Shown here: positions 37,390 to 51,600 of the stretch, in pieces
Layout of the letters: each line of letters begins with the position of its first letter
How positions within the stretch are numbered: position 1 is the stretch's first letter
Source: Hypanus sabinus
Taxonomy: Eukaryota
Assembly: GCF_030144855.1 (NCBI RefSeq)
Contig: NC_082714.1
Span: 94,178,001 to 94,242,000 of the forward strand
DNA: 64,000 nucleotides
Reading direction: 5' to 3'
The notes under the pieces: model-generated
Database searches by the model: none
The model's input: the letters and a program-made list of their open reading frames with translations, nothing else
What the model was told of the DNA's origin: nothing
Position numbers and translations under genes: made by a program

Positions 37390-39900
37390 AATCACTGCTG
37401 TAACATGGATCCTGAATACTCACTCCAGATCATGAGACGTTCCCAGTGATGGTACAGACTGAGATTTATACTGACAGGAAGTGAAGAAATATTATAGAGT
37501 TCAATGCTGGCTAAAAGATTGGTGTGGGAGAAGTACGTTTGAGTTCATGGGAAATTGGCATCAGTATTGGTGAAGGAGGGAGCTGTCCCAATGGGACAGA
37601 GTCCACTGAACTGTGATGGGATCTGGATCCTTGCGAATTGCATAACTAGGGCTATGGATAGGGATTTAAACTGAATTGTATGGCGTGTTTCAACAGATTG
37701 AAGAATTAAAAGAGAAAAGTCAGGATAAAGATTTAAAAAAAAACAAAAGAAAAGCAAAGAAGGAAAAAGTAAGTTTGGTGCGAAGAAAATAGAAGTGCAA
37801 AAGTGTAAATGCTTACAGAATTTTAAAAACAGCATGAGTGTAAAGGCACTTGACTTGAATGTCCATAGTATTCGTAACAAGATCAGTAAGGTTGTGGCCC
37901 AAATCACTACAAAGGGGTATTTTTTTAGTGATCATTACAGAAACGTGGTTGCAAGGTGGAGAGGATTGGGAATTAAATATCCATGGATATCAGGCAATAC
38001 GGAAGGATAGGCAGTAAGGTAAGTGCTCTTAATTAAAGATGAGATCTGGGCGGTAGTGAGAGATGATATAAGATCTAAGGAGTAGAATGCTGAAATCATC
38101 TAGGTAGAGATTAAGAATAGTAAACCGAAACATTATCACTGATAGAAGTTGTCTTTGGGCCACTGAAAAATAGCATTGCAGTGGCACAGACAATAAACAG
38201 AGAAGTACTTGAGGCATGCAAGAATGCAACTGCAGTTATCAGGGGGAACTTATACATAGATTGAGTGAATCAAGTTGCTAGACCGAGTCCTGAAGAGGAC
38301 TTTGTGGAGTGATATGAGACAGCTTTCTTGAACAGCATATTACTGAAACTACAAGGGAGCGTCCTATCTTACTTCTAGAGCTGTGCAATAAGACAGGTAA
38401 AATTAGTGATATTGTAGTCAGAGATCTTCGTGGAAAGAGTGATCACAGTATTACTGAATTTGAATTATATAAAGCGGAAAAGTTGGCGAAGGTGAAAGTA
38501 GGTCCATTGGAGGACGAAAAAGAGCAATTGATATTGGGTAAGCATGAATAACTATTTTGCTTCGGATTTCACAGCGGGGAACACGTGTACCGTGCCAAAC
38601 AGAGATGAAATGGATGCGATAGGGGTGAGGACCTCGATACAATAGCTATCACTAAAGAGGTAGTGCTGAGTAAACTTGTGTGCCTAAAGGTAGACAAGAC
38701 CCCTGGTCCTGATTGAATTCATCCCAGGGCACTGAAAGAAATTTCAGGGGTGACAAGTTACCAAAATTTTCTGGACCCTAGGCAGCTTCCGACAGGTTGG
38801 AAGAAGGCGAATGCCCCGCCACCATTCAGAAAGAATGTACGTAAAAGGCAGGTAGCTATAGGCCATTTCGTTTAACATCTGTAGTTAGGAAAGTGCTTGA
38901 AGTTATCGTTAAAAAAGAAATAGCGAAGCAACTGGAAAGACGCAGCATGGATTTATCAAAGAAACGTCCTGTGTGACAAACTAGCTGGAGATTTTAAGGA
39001 TATAACAAGCGCAGGGGATAATGGGGAACACCTGGAAGTTAATCACTTGAATTTCCAGAAGGCATTAAATAAGTTGCCATATAAAAGACTTATCCATAAG
39101 ATAAAGATGCATACAGTTGGGAGAAATATATTAGCATGGACAGAGGATTTGTTAACAAATAGAAAGTAGAGATTTGGGATACATGGGTGTTTCTTTGGTT
39201 GGCAATTAGTGGTGAGTGGTGTGCTGCAGGGGTCGGTGCTGGGCCCGTCACTGTTCAGGATATTCATTAACGATCTGCAAGAGGGGACCGAGTAAAGTGT
39301 ATATAAGTTTAGCTGATGGCCCGAAAAGCAAGTTGGGCAGAGGATACGTAGAGTCTGCAGAGAAATATAGATAGGTCAAGTGAGTGGACAAGGGTCTAAC
39401 AGATAGAGTACAATGTTGGTAAATGCGAGTTTATATACTTTAGACGGAAAATGTAAGATTAGATTATTATTTAAACGGTTAAAAGATTGCAGCGTGGTGC
39501 CGTGCAGAAGCACTTGGGAATGCTTGTGCATGAATCGCAAAAAGCTGGTTCGTAGGTGCATCAAATTATCAAGAAGGGAAACGGACTGGAGGTCATCGCC
39601 AGAGCTATTGAATTTAAGAGCAAGGAGCAGAAAGGCAAGGAGTGCTGCAACTGTATAGGCTGCTGGTGAGGCCGCATTTGGCGTACTGCGTGCATTCTCC
39701 GTACTTGAGAAAGAATATATAGGCTTTGAAGCAGTGCAAGAGAGGTTCACCATGTTGATTTTAGAGATGAGGGGGTTAGACTAGGAGAATAGATTGAATC
39801 ACCTGGGAATGTACTCTCTGAAATTCAGAAGGATGAGAGGAAATCTTGTAAAAACATATAGAATTATGAATTGGATAGATAAGATAGAAGCAGGGAACTT
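37390..39900 (+). mobile_element. CR1-type LINE (esterase, APE, RT), decayed; same 5' junction as the 200-1000 copy
   Basis: ALDLNVHSIRNKISKV; ttgaatttccagaaggcatt...aagttgcc (DFQKAFDKV); gggtcggtgctgggccc (GSVLGP). Confidence 0.85.
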
Positions 39901-42900
39901 TCCGATTATAAATGTGTAAAGGCGGTTAACGGAGTGTACTGAATACAGATTACGGAGTCTGAAAATAGCATACAGCAAAATTCTTGCAGAATGAACTATC
40001 TTGCTTTCCCCCCCCCCCCCCGCAGGAATTTTTATGCTGTGTAGGAACTAGGAACAGAGCGAGGACTTTGCATTGAGCCTTCCGCAACGATGATTTAGAT
40101 CGCGGCTGATTTTGGAGATGGACTGAAAATCGGAAGGCACATAGGGCTGAAAGAAATTGTAGATAAAGGAAGGTCCGAAATGTAATCACAAAGTACCTAG
40201 CAGATGTTGTGGTCAAATTAACACGTACAAGGAAGCTGGATGAATTCAGCAGGTCGGGCAACATCCGTTAAAACAAGCAGTCAACGTTTCGGGCTGAGGC
40301 GTAGGCGTTTTATGTGATAGGATTCTCCAGAAACGGTGTCAGGAGCCTCTGACATCTCTTTCAAGATTTTTTCCCAATGGCCTTAAAAGTATACCTCCAG
40401 ATAATTTGCAGCTGTTTCATTCCGATGTAAGTTGGAGTATTTCCAATTAATATGTTTTTCCCTTCTGACTGTGGACAGAGCGGTGGGTAATGACAATGGG
40501 ATTGTTTCAATGTATTTTTCAGTGTGGTGGTTTTTTGTACTCCATGACAACAATCTGCCTGTATATTTTATTCATCTAGTTATCAATACCTGACGCTGCC
40601 TCAAGGTTTGCCCTCCTTCTGCAACAGCAACTGTTAATCAATTAAATAAATTTACTTTTAAATATGTTTATTATCGTGTTTTACAGAATTTAATGTTGCG
40701 TGATATTCAGCCTGATCCTGATTCTCGTTATCCATCCGCCCGTCGTTTCCTCCATCTCCCTCTCTCTTTTGATACGCAGACGGATCTTGAACTCTTTCAT
40801 CAATATTTATAAATCAATTTCAGGATCTGGTGGCACTAGGATTTGCTCCCAAACTCCAACCGTCCGCACCCCCTTGGTGAATATATCGTGAGAATTGGAA
40901 ATTATGAGATAGAGATGATCGAACATATAAAACGTAACGCTTTTTTTCTCTTGCAGATGCCCCACCCACGCATGTTTACGTTTTACTGTATCATGTCGGT
41001 TTTAATTTGCCAATTATCTTTCTCATCACGGATATAACCGCTGTGTGAACAGGCAATCAGTTTCCAAATTCCTTCTAACTCCCCAAGATTGTTTTTATTG
41101 TCGTTGTTGTGTGGTTCTGGGTTTAACGCTATCGTTCACTCAAACCTCTTTCTATCTCAGTCATCAAGAACGGCTGGATGAACTTTGCAGAAGTGACCAT
41201 CCGCGGCAGGAAATTAAATAGGGAGAAATAAGTTTTGACACGAGGAAATCTGTAGATGCTGGAAATACAAACAACACACCCAAAAATACTGGTGACACAT
41301 ATTAGGCCAGGCAGTATCTATAGGAAGAACCACTGTTGACGTTTCGGGCTGAGACCGTTCGGCAGGACTAACTGAAAGAAAATATAGGTTTTTTTACCAA
41401 TCCAGTCGGCCATTTCATGATTTCACCTTCGAGATCAACCTACCAGTTAACAATTAGCGATTTTTTTTTTACGAATTAAATGAGGAATACAATTGCTGAA
41501 TTCATTTGCAGGTAACTTGAGGATCAATTTAATTCGAGAATTTTCAATACATTTTAAAACAATATTCAGTTGGGTGAGCGAAACCACTTGCTTTGGCAAT
41601 AGTAATGAAGAATGACATTAGATCAGGGCTTCGGCTGACGTAGTGGTGCTGTTCGGTACTCCAATATTCCATTATTGCCACGTCAGGGGTTTTTTCACGG
41701 CCTAGATTGCCGTACTAAGTAATCAAAATCAAGTTTAATATCGAAGCAATTAATGTCTTGACATTAGTTGTTTTGCGGCAGTGGTAAAATGTCGTACTTA
41801 AAATAAACTATGAATTATAATAAAATAGTTTTAAAAATCAAATTGAATAAATAGTTCAAAAAGAGAGCAAAAATAGTGAGAATGCCTCCATGGATTGGTT
41901 TATCGTCCGTACAGAAATCTGACGCGTTGGAGAAGAAATTGCTCCTAAAATGCTGAATGCGTGTCTTTTAGGCTGCAATACGACCCACCTGATCTTAGCA
42001 GTGGAAGCAAGGCCTGTTCCGGATAATGGGAGTCATTAAAGATGGATGTCGACTGAGGCATCATAATTTTTGTTTGGAGCTCATCGTTATATTTATTACT
42101 GTATTTAAAATGATGATATCTACTGTTGCTCAGTGAGTTTCATGAAATCAATGAAGTCCATTGCACCCCAGTGCATACAATAATAACAGAACCCAGTCTA
42201 CAATTACCTGAATGACCAATTTCGCATTTACCTGTGCTTCACTGATTTTGTTAGTTATGCTAATTAATTGTGTTAAACCACCTTTAACTGTTTTGGCATC
42301 TTTATGGCGCTTAGTGTTCTAACTGATTTCGTGTCCTGAGGAAATTACGTCGCATTTGTTCACGTCCTTTATATTAATTGCAACAAGTAAATGTTTCAAC
42401 ACTATTTCACATGGCACAATATTTGTTACGCTTATTATCTTAAACTACATCCAAAGTCTACCTCCCAGCGTCCACAACTTAATTCACTCCTCTTTAAAAC
42501 ACCATGACCATCATACCCAGTGAATGCAACTGTTCTTTTGGAACAGAGAAGTGGATGAATTTCTTTAGACACAGAGAGGAGGTTGATAGGTTCTTGATTA
42601 GGAAGGGTGTCAAAGGTTACGGTGGGAGAATATTGTTGAAAGGGTTAATAAATTAGCCATGATGGAATGGCGGAGAAGACTTAAAAGGCTGAATGGCCTA
42701 ATTCTGCTCCTTCGTCTCATGATCTTCTGATATTATCCTTGCTTCTTCACCTCACTCACCTATCCTAGTTCTGAGGAGCCCTTGCGAAATCTTTTAGCCA
42801 ACAAAGAGAACCAGAATTTAGTAGCAAGGTCGAAGAATTTTAATGGGGCGAACGGTCTAATTCTTTTCCTCTGGCATTCTTATGATGCCTTTCGTTTTCT

Positions 42901-43719
42901 TTCGCGACCTACCTTCGCTGGCTGACCTTTAAAGTGGGCTCTTTAACGAGAGCGCAGGCGGAAGACAGGATTCGCTATGCGGATATGACATGTAACAGGT
43001 CTACAGTAGGAAGGGCTGTCAGTGACAGTTCCAGTCATAAGGCAGTTGTCTTGTGAGGGCCTCTGGAAGTCATGCCCAAAAAATTGGCAATCCGTTACCA
43101 ATGAGATTTATGTCTTTTCTGGTGTCTACGAAATTACGTCAGTTAAACGATGGTAAGTAATTTCAAAAATACCCAGTTGAGAAATTAGCAGTCCTGCTCA
43201 TTGCACCAGCCCTCAGGAGCATCAATTCGTGACATTCTGAAGCAATTTCTCCTATGCTTATGCAAACTACATTCGAAGAGGAATGTTCAACTCTATTTTA
43301 CAGAAGCCAGTTATTATGTTTTGCTGTTTTTTTTTAATCTTGATTTCTCACTTGTGGTTAAGAGAGCTTTGGTTTTCGTAAACTGATAAATTTAATTTCA
43401 CTTTGTTTCTATGTAGGAAAGCTCCGCTTGATCTAATTTGGGATTGTATCAGATTGGTCAAGGCGAATGCTGTGTAATTTCGATTCCACCGATTGTGCTC
43501 AAGAAATGCAGCAGAGGCCTGACCCTAAAGGAGAGCCGCAGAGAAGATTTAGTGGTGAATAATAACTTTAGTAAAAGACCACAATACACCAAGCCACGAG
43601 GTATCATAATACCAGAGTAAACAGAAACTAAGCAAAACAGGCAACAGGGTATACTTTAGCTAAGGAGAGTAAAATCTAGGAGCGACTGAAGGAGTTCGAC
43701 TGCTTCGATGTCAATGAAA

Positions 43720-44200
43720 TAAAGTACAGAGAAGATATACTAGAATGTTAACTGGATTTCAGCACTTAAGTTACAGGGAAAGTTTGAACAAGTTAGGTCT
43801 TTATTCTTTGGAACGTAGAAGGTTGAGGGGAGACTTGATAGAGGTATCTAAAATTATGAGAGGGTTAGATAGAATTGACGGGGATAGGCTTTTTAAATTG
43901 ATAGTAGGGGAGATTCAAATAAGAGGACTTGAGTTGAGACTTAGGGGGAGACTTAAGGGTAACACGAGGGGGGATTTCTTTACTCAGAGAATGACAATCT
44001 GTGTGGAATGAGCTTCCAGAAGAAGTGCTAGAGGCAGGTTCGGTATTGTCATTGAAAGCAAAATTGGATAGTATGTGGACAAGAAGGGAATGGAGGATAA
44101 TGGGCTGAGTACGGGTCAGAGAGATTAGTTGAGAGTAAGCGTTTGGCACGGACTAGAAGGGCCGAGATGGCCTGTTTCCGTGCTGTAATTGTTATATGGC
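43720..44200 (+). mobile_element. CR1-type LINE 3' end
   Basis: ORF 43745-44011 LSYRESLNKLGLYSLERRRLRGDLIEV. Confidence 0.85.
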
Positions 44201-45409
44201 TTTATATATAAAAAAAATATACATGATGATGAGTGAACAAGGACAGTGGATGAGAAGTGAGGTAAATCAGCTGCAGGTCAGGAATCTGGAATATTCGGCA
44301 GGTGAATCCAAGTAGCTGAGCGGAAACTGGAAGGTGCCTGCATGTGAACGCTTAAAGGTGTCAATGTCCAGGTAGATAATATCCTGTAAACCCGCCTTCC
44401 CAGTTCATGGATTACACTGTTTATCTAGAATAAATCCTTTGGCGTGAAGTTCCCGGAATGACAATATGGACTGACGTGTGTTGTCCCTGATATTTCATAA
44501 ACAATTTTGTAAGGCCGCATAGCTTCAATGGAGAAGGCCACTAAAATTGACATGCCCTCTTCTCATTGCTACCATCAAGGAATTACAGGAGCCTGAAGAA
44601 ACGCACACCATTTCAGGAAGAGACTCTTCCCCTCGACCATCAGATTTCTAAATGGAAGTAAACTCAATTGCACTGCCTCAGTATTTTTCCTCTGGCTTTG
44701 CATCAATTATTTAATTTAATTTTTTATCTGCTTCTTATTCTAATTTATAGTTTCTATTAATATGTATTGCAATTTTTTGCTGCCGCAAGTCAGCAGATCT
44801 CAAGAAATATGCAAGTGAAATTAAACCTGATTCTGATTCGCAATCTCAAGACTGGGCCAATTCAGACATTTACCAATTTGCTTGAATCACCTCTGAGTGC
44901 GGAGGTCAGTGTAGCCACGACGAGAGTGTGAAAGGGGGACCGGAGTGCTGGGAGCTAAGGCAGAATGGGCGAGGGGACAGAGTGCCTTTGAATCCAGCAC
45001 TATCAATAGATTCACTGCATTGGTCTCCAATTTTTGTGGGGATTTCCTTAGCTTCAGAAGACACTGTGTCAAATACTTACACAATGAAAACACATTCGTC
45101 AAGAAACACAAGAGGTCCAGGTATGATAGCCGTCAGCAGACACACAGCTTTAGATCTACAAATATTTGCTACTCTTATGGTAAGTTTGGAATGATTTAGT
45201 TCAAGTTCAATGCACAGTCATTCAACCGTACACATGTATGTAGCTAAATGAAATGTCGTTCCTTCCGGAGAAGGCATACAACACAGCGGTCATACCTCCC
45301 ACACAACACATATAATAATATTATCCGAAAAAAAATAAATTCCAGGAGATTGACATTTAGTCTTCCGCAAATTCACCGCCCTCTGTCTAAAGAATTTATC
45401 CGCATCTCT

Positions 45410-46560
45410 TTTAAATAGAAACATAGAAAACCTACAGCAGAGTAGTAGCCCTTCGGCCCACAAAGCTGTGCCGAGCATATCTTTACCTTAGAAATTTTCT
45501 ATGGTTACCCATAGCCTTCTATTTTTCTGAGCTCTCTGTACCTGTCCTGAAGTTTCTTAAAAGAACCGCTTCCACCACCCTCGCTGGCAGCTCATTCCAC
45601 GCACTCAGCACTCTCTGCGTTAAACACCTTACCCCTGACATCTCCTCTGAACCTACTTTCAAGCACCTTACGATTGTGCCCTCTCATGCCAGTCATTTCC
45701 AAACTGGGAAAAAGTCTCTCACTATCCACACGATCAATGCCTCTCATCTTCTTATACATCTTTCATCCTCCATCGCTCCACGGAAAAAGGCCGAATTAAC
45801 TCAACCTATTCACATAAGGCATGCTTCCCAATCCAAGTAACATCCTTGTAAATCTCCTCTGAACCCTTTCTATGGTTTCCACTTCCATTCTGTAATGAGG
45901 CGACCAGAACTGAGTACAGTACTCCATGTGGGGTCTGGCCAGGGTCCTAAGCATCTGCAACACTACTCCTCAGCTCCTAAACTGAGTCCCACGATTGATG
46001 AAGGCCAATGCACTGTATGCTTTCTTAACCACAAAATCAACCCGCACAGCAGCTTTGAGTGTCTTATGGACTCGGAGCCCAAGAAAGATCCCTCTGATCC
46101 TCCACACTGCCAGGAGTCTTACTATTGATACTATATTCTGTCATCATATTTGACCTACCAAAATGAACCACCTCACACTTATCTGGGTTGAGCTCCATCT
46201 GTCACTTCTCAGCCTAGTCTTGAATCCTATCAATGTTCCACTATAACCTCCGACAGCCCTCCACACCATCCACAACACCTCCAACCGTTGTGCCATCAGC
46301 AAAGTTACTAACCCATCCCTCCACTTCCTCAACCCGGTCATTTATAAAAATCACGAAGAGTAGAGGTCCCAGAACTGATCCCTGAAGCACACCACTGGTC
46401 ACCAACTTCCGTGCAGAATATGACCTGTCTACCTCCGCTCTTTACCTTCTGTGGGCAAGCCAATTCTGAATCTGTAAAGTAATGTCCTCTTGGTTTTGCA
46501 GACTCCCTAGCTCCATACTCTACCTGTCCCTCCACCTCTCTTTGCATTCTCTGCAAAGAC
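45410..46560 (-). mobile_element. CR1-type LINE RT/3' fragments
   Basis: Reverse strand gives GISSGTSTL..F.I (VPQGSVLGP-like), KFADGT and a 3' tail. Confidence 0.75.
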
Positions 46561-47254
46561 GACAATGGTGCTTTCAGTTTCTTCATCCGGATAATTCAAG
46601 TATAAATGAAAAGCTGTAAAGCTGTGGTCTCAATATTGAGCCCTGTAGAACTCCTGTAGCCACTGGCAGGCATTCTGCAAAGCCTGATCATACAATAAGA
46701 ATTACGTGGGGATAAAACGGTCAACAAAATAAGGACGCTCCTCTATCCTGAGGTCGTGCATCTTGCATATTTCTTGAGAAGTTTTTTCCTTCCTCTGCGA
46801 AGTAACCACTTAAATAGCTGTAGCAGATTAGTAAAGCATGGCTTCCGTTTCATGATTCCCTCTCCACTCTGCTCAAACCCGTCAAGTACTTGCACCTAAA
46901 CCTAAACATCAAATTTGTGAAACTTATTGCAGTCATCCTACGGACCTGAATCACAGTGTCGTGTACTTGGTGCATCGCCTATGAACGGTGGGTCCCTGTA
47001 TATTGAAAGGACACGAATTGGAACTATTATTTGATCTGGCCAATGTATAATTAGTTACAGAAATGTCTTATATACCAGCAATCCAAATATGACAGTAGTC
47101 CCCAATATACCAGCTGTCGGTCTCTGCTAGCAACTTCCAATTATTTCAGATTCACCAGTGGTTTTCAAATGCGTGCGACTTTCTTATTCAGTACCAAATC
47201 AGACAATGAGACCCAGTATGAGAACATTTCCCAAGTATGTAAACAGCTCTGTCA

Positions 47255-48110
47255 TGGAATGATCTGCAAGCTGGCGAAGGGAAAGAGCACCTTACATCAG
47301 CTCCATGCTAGGGGTGGATGTATCTCCATCCACCCAAAGTAAAAATATAACAATGGGAATGAGCACTTTCACTCTACCATAAAAACGCATTCATTAAACA
47401 TAATATGTTTGTCTGAAAGCGATCCCGAGAATTTAGAAGGAAATATAAGAACTCAAATGACAAATATTAGAAATCACCTTGTACAATTGAACGTACTTTG
47501 ATAAACACTACCTCGGACAGAAGGAGGAAGAGGAATAGCAGACATTAAAAATCTACGTAACAGTGAGCTAAAACTTCAAGGATATATTTTCGTCAATGAA
47601 AACAGGATTAAGCATTCACGCTATACAATACAGATAAGAAGCATTTGGTGCATTACTAAACTTCAGTGAAAGCGAAAAATGTAGAAATTGTCACCACAAA
47701 TGAAAAGGTTCACCAATGGATGAGCATAACAGCCCATGGAAGACTTCCCATGATCCGAGCAAACCAGATGGCGACAAGGACATGTCGAATGCCTGGCGCA
47801 AAGTTGAAGAACTCTTCCTTGTGGCAAGACAGGACCAGGTAGATTGCTCAAAAATATCAAAAATATAAAATAATAGACAAAGAAATTCAAGACGATAAAT
47901 TCAGAAAATGCCGGGAAAATGGGAACGAATCCAACAAATTCCAGCAGTTTACCTCAATCTGATTACTTAACCAAGCACAATCAATTGTCATTCAAAAAAT
48001 CTTGTTCCAAAATCCAAGCACATACAAGACACTATGCCTTACGCTTAATATCAGCCGAGTTCTGTTTTAGAGTCAGTGTGACATCAGGCACAGTATATGA
48101 TGTGAATTTC
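47255..48110 (+). mobile_element. SINE-like tail fused to an R4-clade fragment; paralogous to 13780-14400
   Basis: Shared junction ccacc...aaagtaaaaat; the acactacctcggacagaaggaggaagagg (L.R.EGGRG) segment. Confidence 0.65.
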
Positions 48111-50418
48111 CACAAACGTGCTCATTATGGGCTGCACTGCCTTCAATGTTGCATATTACATTAATGCTACAAGGCTGACCTTCGGGCAGTAGCGACAAAG
48201 CTATGAAAAAAGGAATCCCGCACAATAGTTCTAGCTCAGTCACGTTTTCCACCTCAAACGTTAACTGCTGCTTCAACTGTTTACCAGTATTTAAAGCGAC
48301 TGAAAATGTAATAGATACATTATGAGTGAGTCTGCCTGCGATTTCCACAGTAGCAGTTCACTGGACGTATATGATGAAAACATGTCCTGCTGCCTTTGTA
48401 TCAGGGGCTGATTCATTTCATTGTTACTGAAGGTCAATTCTAAATCGAACACCAATTTGGTGATGGCACAAAAGGGCTATTTCGGTCGAAAACCAGCAGT
48501 CGTGCTTTGAATTGAAATTAAATCTATTCCACTCTTCTCAAAGTTATCGGTTCTCATGAAGGGCTTCGGTCCGAAAGGTTAACTGTTGATCTTTGTCCGA
48601 AGGGTTTGCCGAAGTTCTGAGTTTTTCAGCATTCGGTGATTCCCTAGTGGCGAATCTTCTCCTTAACCGCTACTGCATCAGAGGCCACTGACAGCATTTT
48701 TACAGAATCCTCTGTCGAGTGCCAGCCTTTCAAATTGCCCACAGGTAGATCTCATCTTCGAGTATCTTTGCCAACTCATAGATGTGTCCTTCTGAACTTC
48801 TGTTGGCGTATTTGCAGCTATGTGGTTTTATGCGGATGGAGGTGTTCGGCCCATTTCTAAGCCTCAGTCTTTCGCAACCGGACGTGAGGCCGCCACTGTA
48901 GAAGTTCAACTGGTGCTTCCGTTTTCCCGCAACTCATAAAAAACATAAGAACGTAAGAAATAGGAACAGGAGGAGGCCAAGTACGTCAAGGCTGGTCCGC
49001 CATTCAATAAGCTCATGGCTGACTTGGCCGTGGACTCATCTCGATCTACCCGCCTTTTCAGAATAACTCTTAATTCCCCTACTATGCAAAATATATCCGA
49101 CCATGTCTTAAAAATATTTGCTGAGGTAGCGTACATTGCTTCACTGGGTAGAGATTTCCACAGCTCTTCTGCACCGCGTTCAAAGCCAATATATCTTTTC
49201 TCACCAGCATATTGAACAGCTACAGTATAATGTGCTTGCTCTTGAATGCACTCCCTCCATCAATGATGTCCAACAGTCGATTTGCCTTCTTGATAGCCTA
49301 CCGCAGTTGCAAATCTACCTTTCTGTGATTCATGTACCAACATTCCCTAGTCCCCTTTTGCATACTGAAAGCTTTTACCCTTTAAATAATGATCTGATCT
49401 TTCATTTTTCCTTCCAAAGTTGATGACCTCGCATTTAACAAAATTGTACTCCATCTTCCAGTGCAATTCACTGAGCAAATCTATACCTCTCTGCAGACTC
49501 TCGGTATCTTCTGATAATTTGTTTTTCCGCTCGATTAGTACAATCAGTAAATTTAGATACACAGCACTCTGCCCCCTCTTCCAGACCGTTAATATCTATC
49601 GTGAACCGTTGCGGGCCCAGGACCAACCCCTGCGGCACACAGGTCACCACAGATGCCAACCACAGAAACACCCAGGTCCCCAGCTCCCTACTTTCTATTA
49701 GGTATTCAATCTTCTATCTATGGTAATCCTTCATCCCCGAATGAATGCATCCTTATCTTATAGATAAATCCTTTATGCAGCACCTTATCAAACGCCTTCT
49801 GGAAGTCAAAATAGTTAACGTCCAACAGTTCCCCTCTATCCACTGCGCTCATAATATCCTCAAGTAGCTCCAGTACATTTGTCAAACTGGACTTACCTTT
49901 GCTGAATCCATGCTGCGTCTGCAGGATTGATCCATTATTTTCCATTTCGTCTTTATTAATAGTTTCAAACATTTCCTCAACTACAGATATTAAACTAATT
50001 GGCTTGTCGTTAACTGTATTTTTGCCTACATCCTTTTTTGAACAGTGGCGTGACATACGCCGACTTCCAATCCGTCAGGACCTCCCAGAGTCCAGGAAAT
50101 TTCGGTATTTTATCATCAAAGCCTCTACTGTAACGTCTGCTGATTCTTTCAGTACCCTGGAATGTATTCCATCAGGACTAGGGTACTTGTCTATGTTTAG
50201 ACCTACAAGTTTGCTCAACATTACCGTTTTAATAATAGTTATTGTATCGAGGGCATCACCTCCCATCGCATACAGAACATCCCTTCCTTGGCAGGTTAAA
50301 CAATCCTCCACCTCATAGTCATTCAAAGACACTGGGTTTTTTTTCTTCATTACGCAAAATCAATTCCCCTTTCTGGTTCTCCAAGGAACCTGCTTTCACT
50401 TTTGCCACCCTTTGTTAT

Positions 50419-51600
50419 TGTCACAATGTGGGGGCAAGGGGGTTGCTAGAGGATACAAATGCAGGGCACAAACACGTTTTTTAGGGTTAACTACCTAAGG
50501 TTGCTTAATAGCTGCAAGGAGAGTCAGGATGGAAGGATAGAACAGAGAGAAATCAAGGAGACCAAAGTAGAAGCGGGAAAATGTGTAATGGACAAGGACT
50601 CAGGCCCTAGACTAGGCTGAGATTCAGGGTCTGGGCTGACTTGGAGCTCAGGGATCAGAGCCAGGACTCGGAATACGGACCTCGGAGCTTGGACTTGATG
50701 CTTCAGACTCCGAGCTTCGACTTGATGCTTCAGACTCCGAGCTTCGACTTGATGCTTCAGACTCCGAGCTTCGACTTGATGCTCGAGCCTCGGAGCTTGG
50801 ACTTGCTGCTCGAGCCTCGGAGCTTGGACTTGATGCTCGAGCCTCGGAGCTTGGACTTGATGCTCGAGCCTCGGAGCTTGGACTTGATGCTCGAGCCTCG
50901 GAGCTTGGACTTGATGCTCGAGCCTCGGAGCTTGGACTTGATGCTCGAGCCTCGGAGCTCGGACTGGATATTTGAACCTCGGAGCTTGGATTTTATACTG
51001 GAACACGGGACAGAGAACGGTGAGCCAGGACTCCACCTTAGAAGCAGGACATGGAGCCGGGACTGTTCTTATTCACGGGACAGATTCAGACACAGGACAT
51101 AAAAGACTGACCCAGCAATCCTCCTTAGACACAGCATAGATTCGGAGCTCTTCTTGACACAGGGTCAGAACCCTTCCAGGATCGCTTTTAAGCACAGGAC
51201 ATGGATACGGAGACCACACACCGATAGACGACACTATAACTGGGTATAAGGTTGCTGTAACAAGCGGTGAGCTCTTGATTCATCCTGGCGGGTTAACTTC
51301 ACCGGACCCGCTATGACAAGGAAAGGCGGCTTGCTGGCACTTGCTTCGGGAGGACACTTAGTTGGCTCCGGCAAGTTGACTTTGGCTCGCGCTAGCTGCG
51401 GTGACTTCGTTAACGCTCTCACGCCGAACGGCTGAAGCCGGAGACTTATAAACTGCCGGTTCAGTCGAGAGTACATTGCCTTTAATCACCAAGCCCGAGG
51501 GACACGGGAAAACAGGGAATTAAAGGGAAACAATAATCAACGTTCCCGATCGTAACACAAACAAGGTAAATTTAATGGGAAGCCAATCCCGACCATGACA
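50419..51600 (-). mobile_element. Solo LTR-like element (TG...CA) with 5-bp TSD
   Basis: gttat at 50414-50418 and 51601-51605; termini tgtcac / atgaca. Confidence 0.8.
50670..50995. repeat. 27-bp minisatellite, about 12 units in two variants
   Basis: ctcggagcttggacttgatgctcgagc and ctccgagcttcgacttgatgcttcaga; translates as QAPRLEHQV / EARSLKHQV repeats. Confidence 0.95.

Noticed and set aside
48706-48744. 39-nt phase-1 mini-exon (ESSVECQPFKLPT)
   Set aside because: Splice-like pairs of this size arise by chance; no partner exons were found.
50670-50995. Regular 27-bp repeats as a CRISPR array
   Set aside because: Units abut with no unique spacers, there are no cas genes, and the context is vertebrate LTR sequence.
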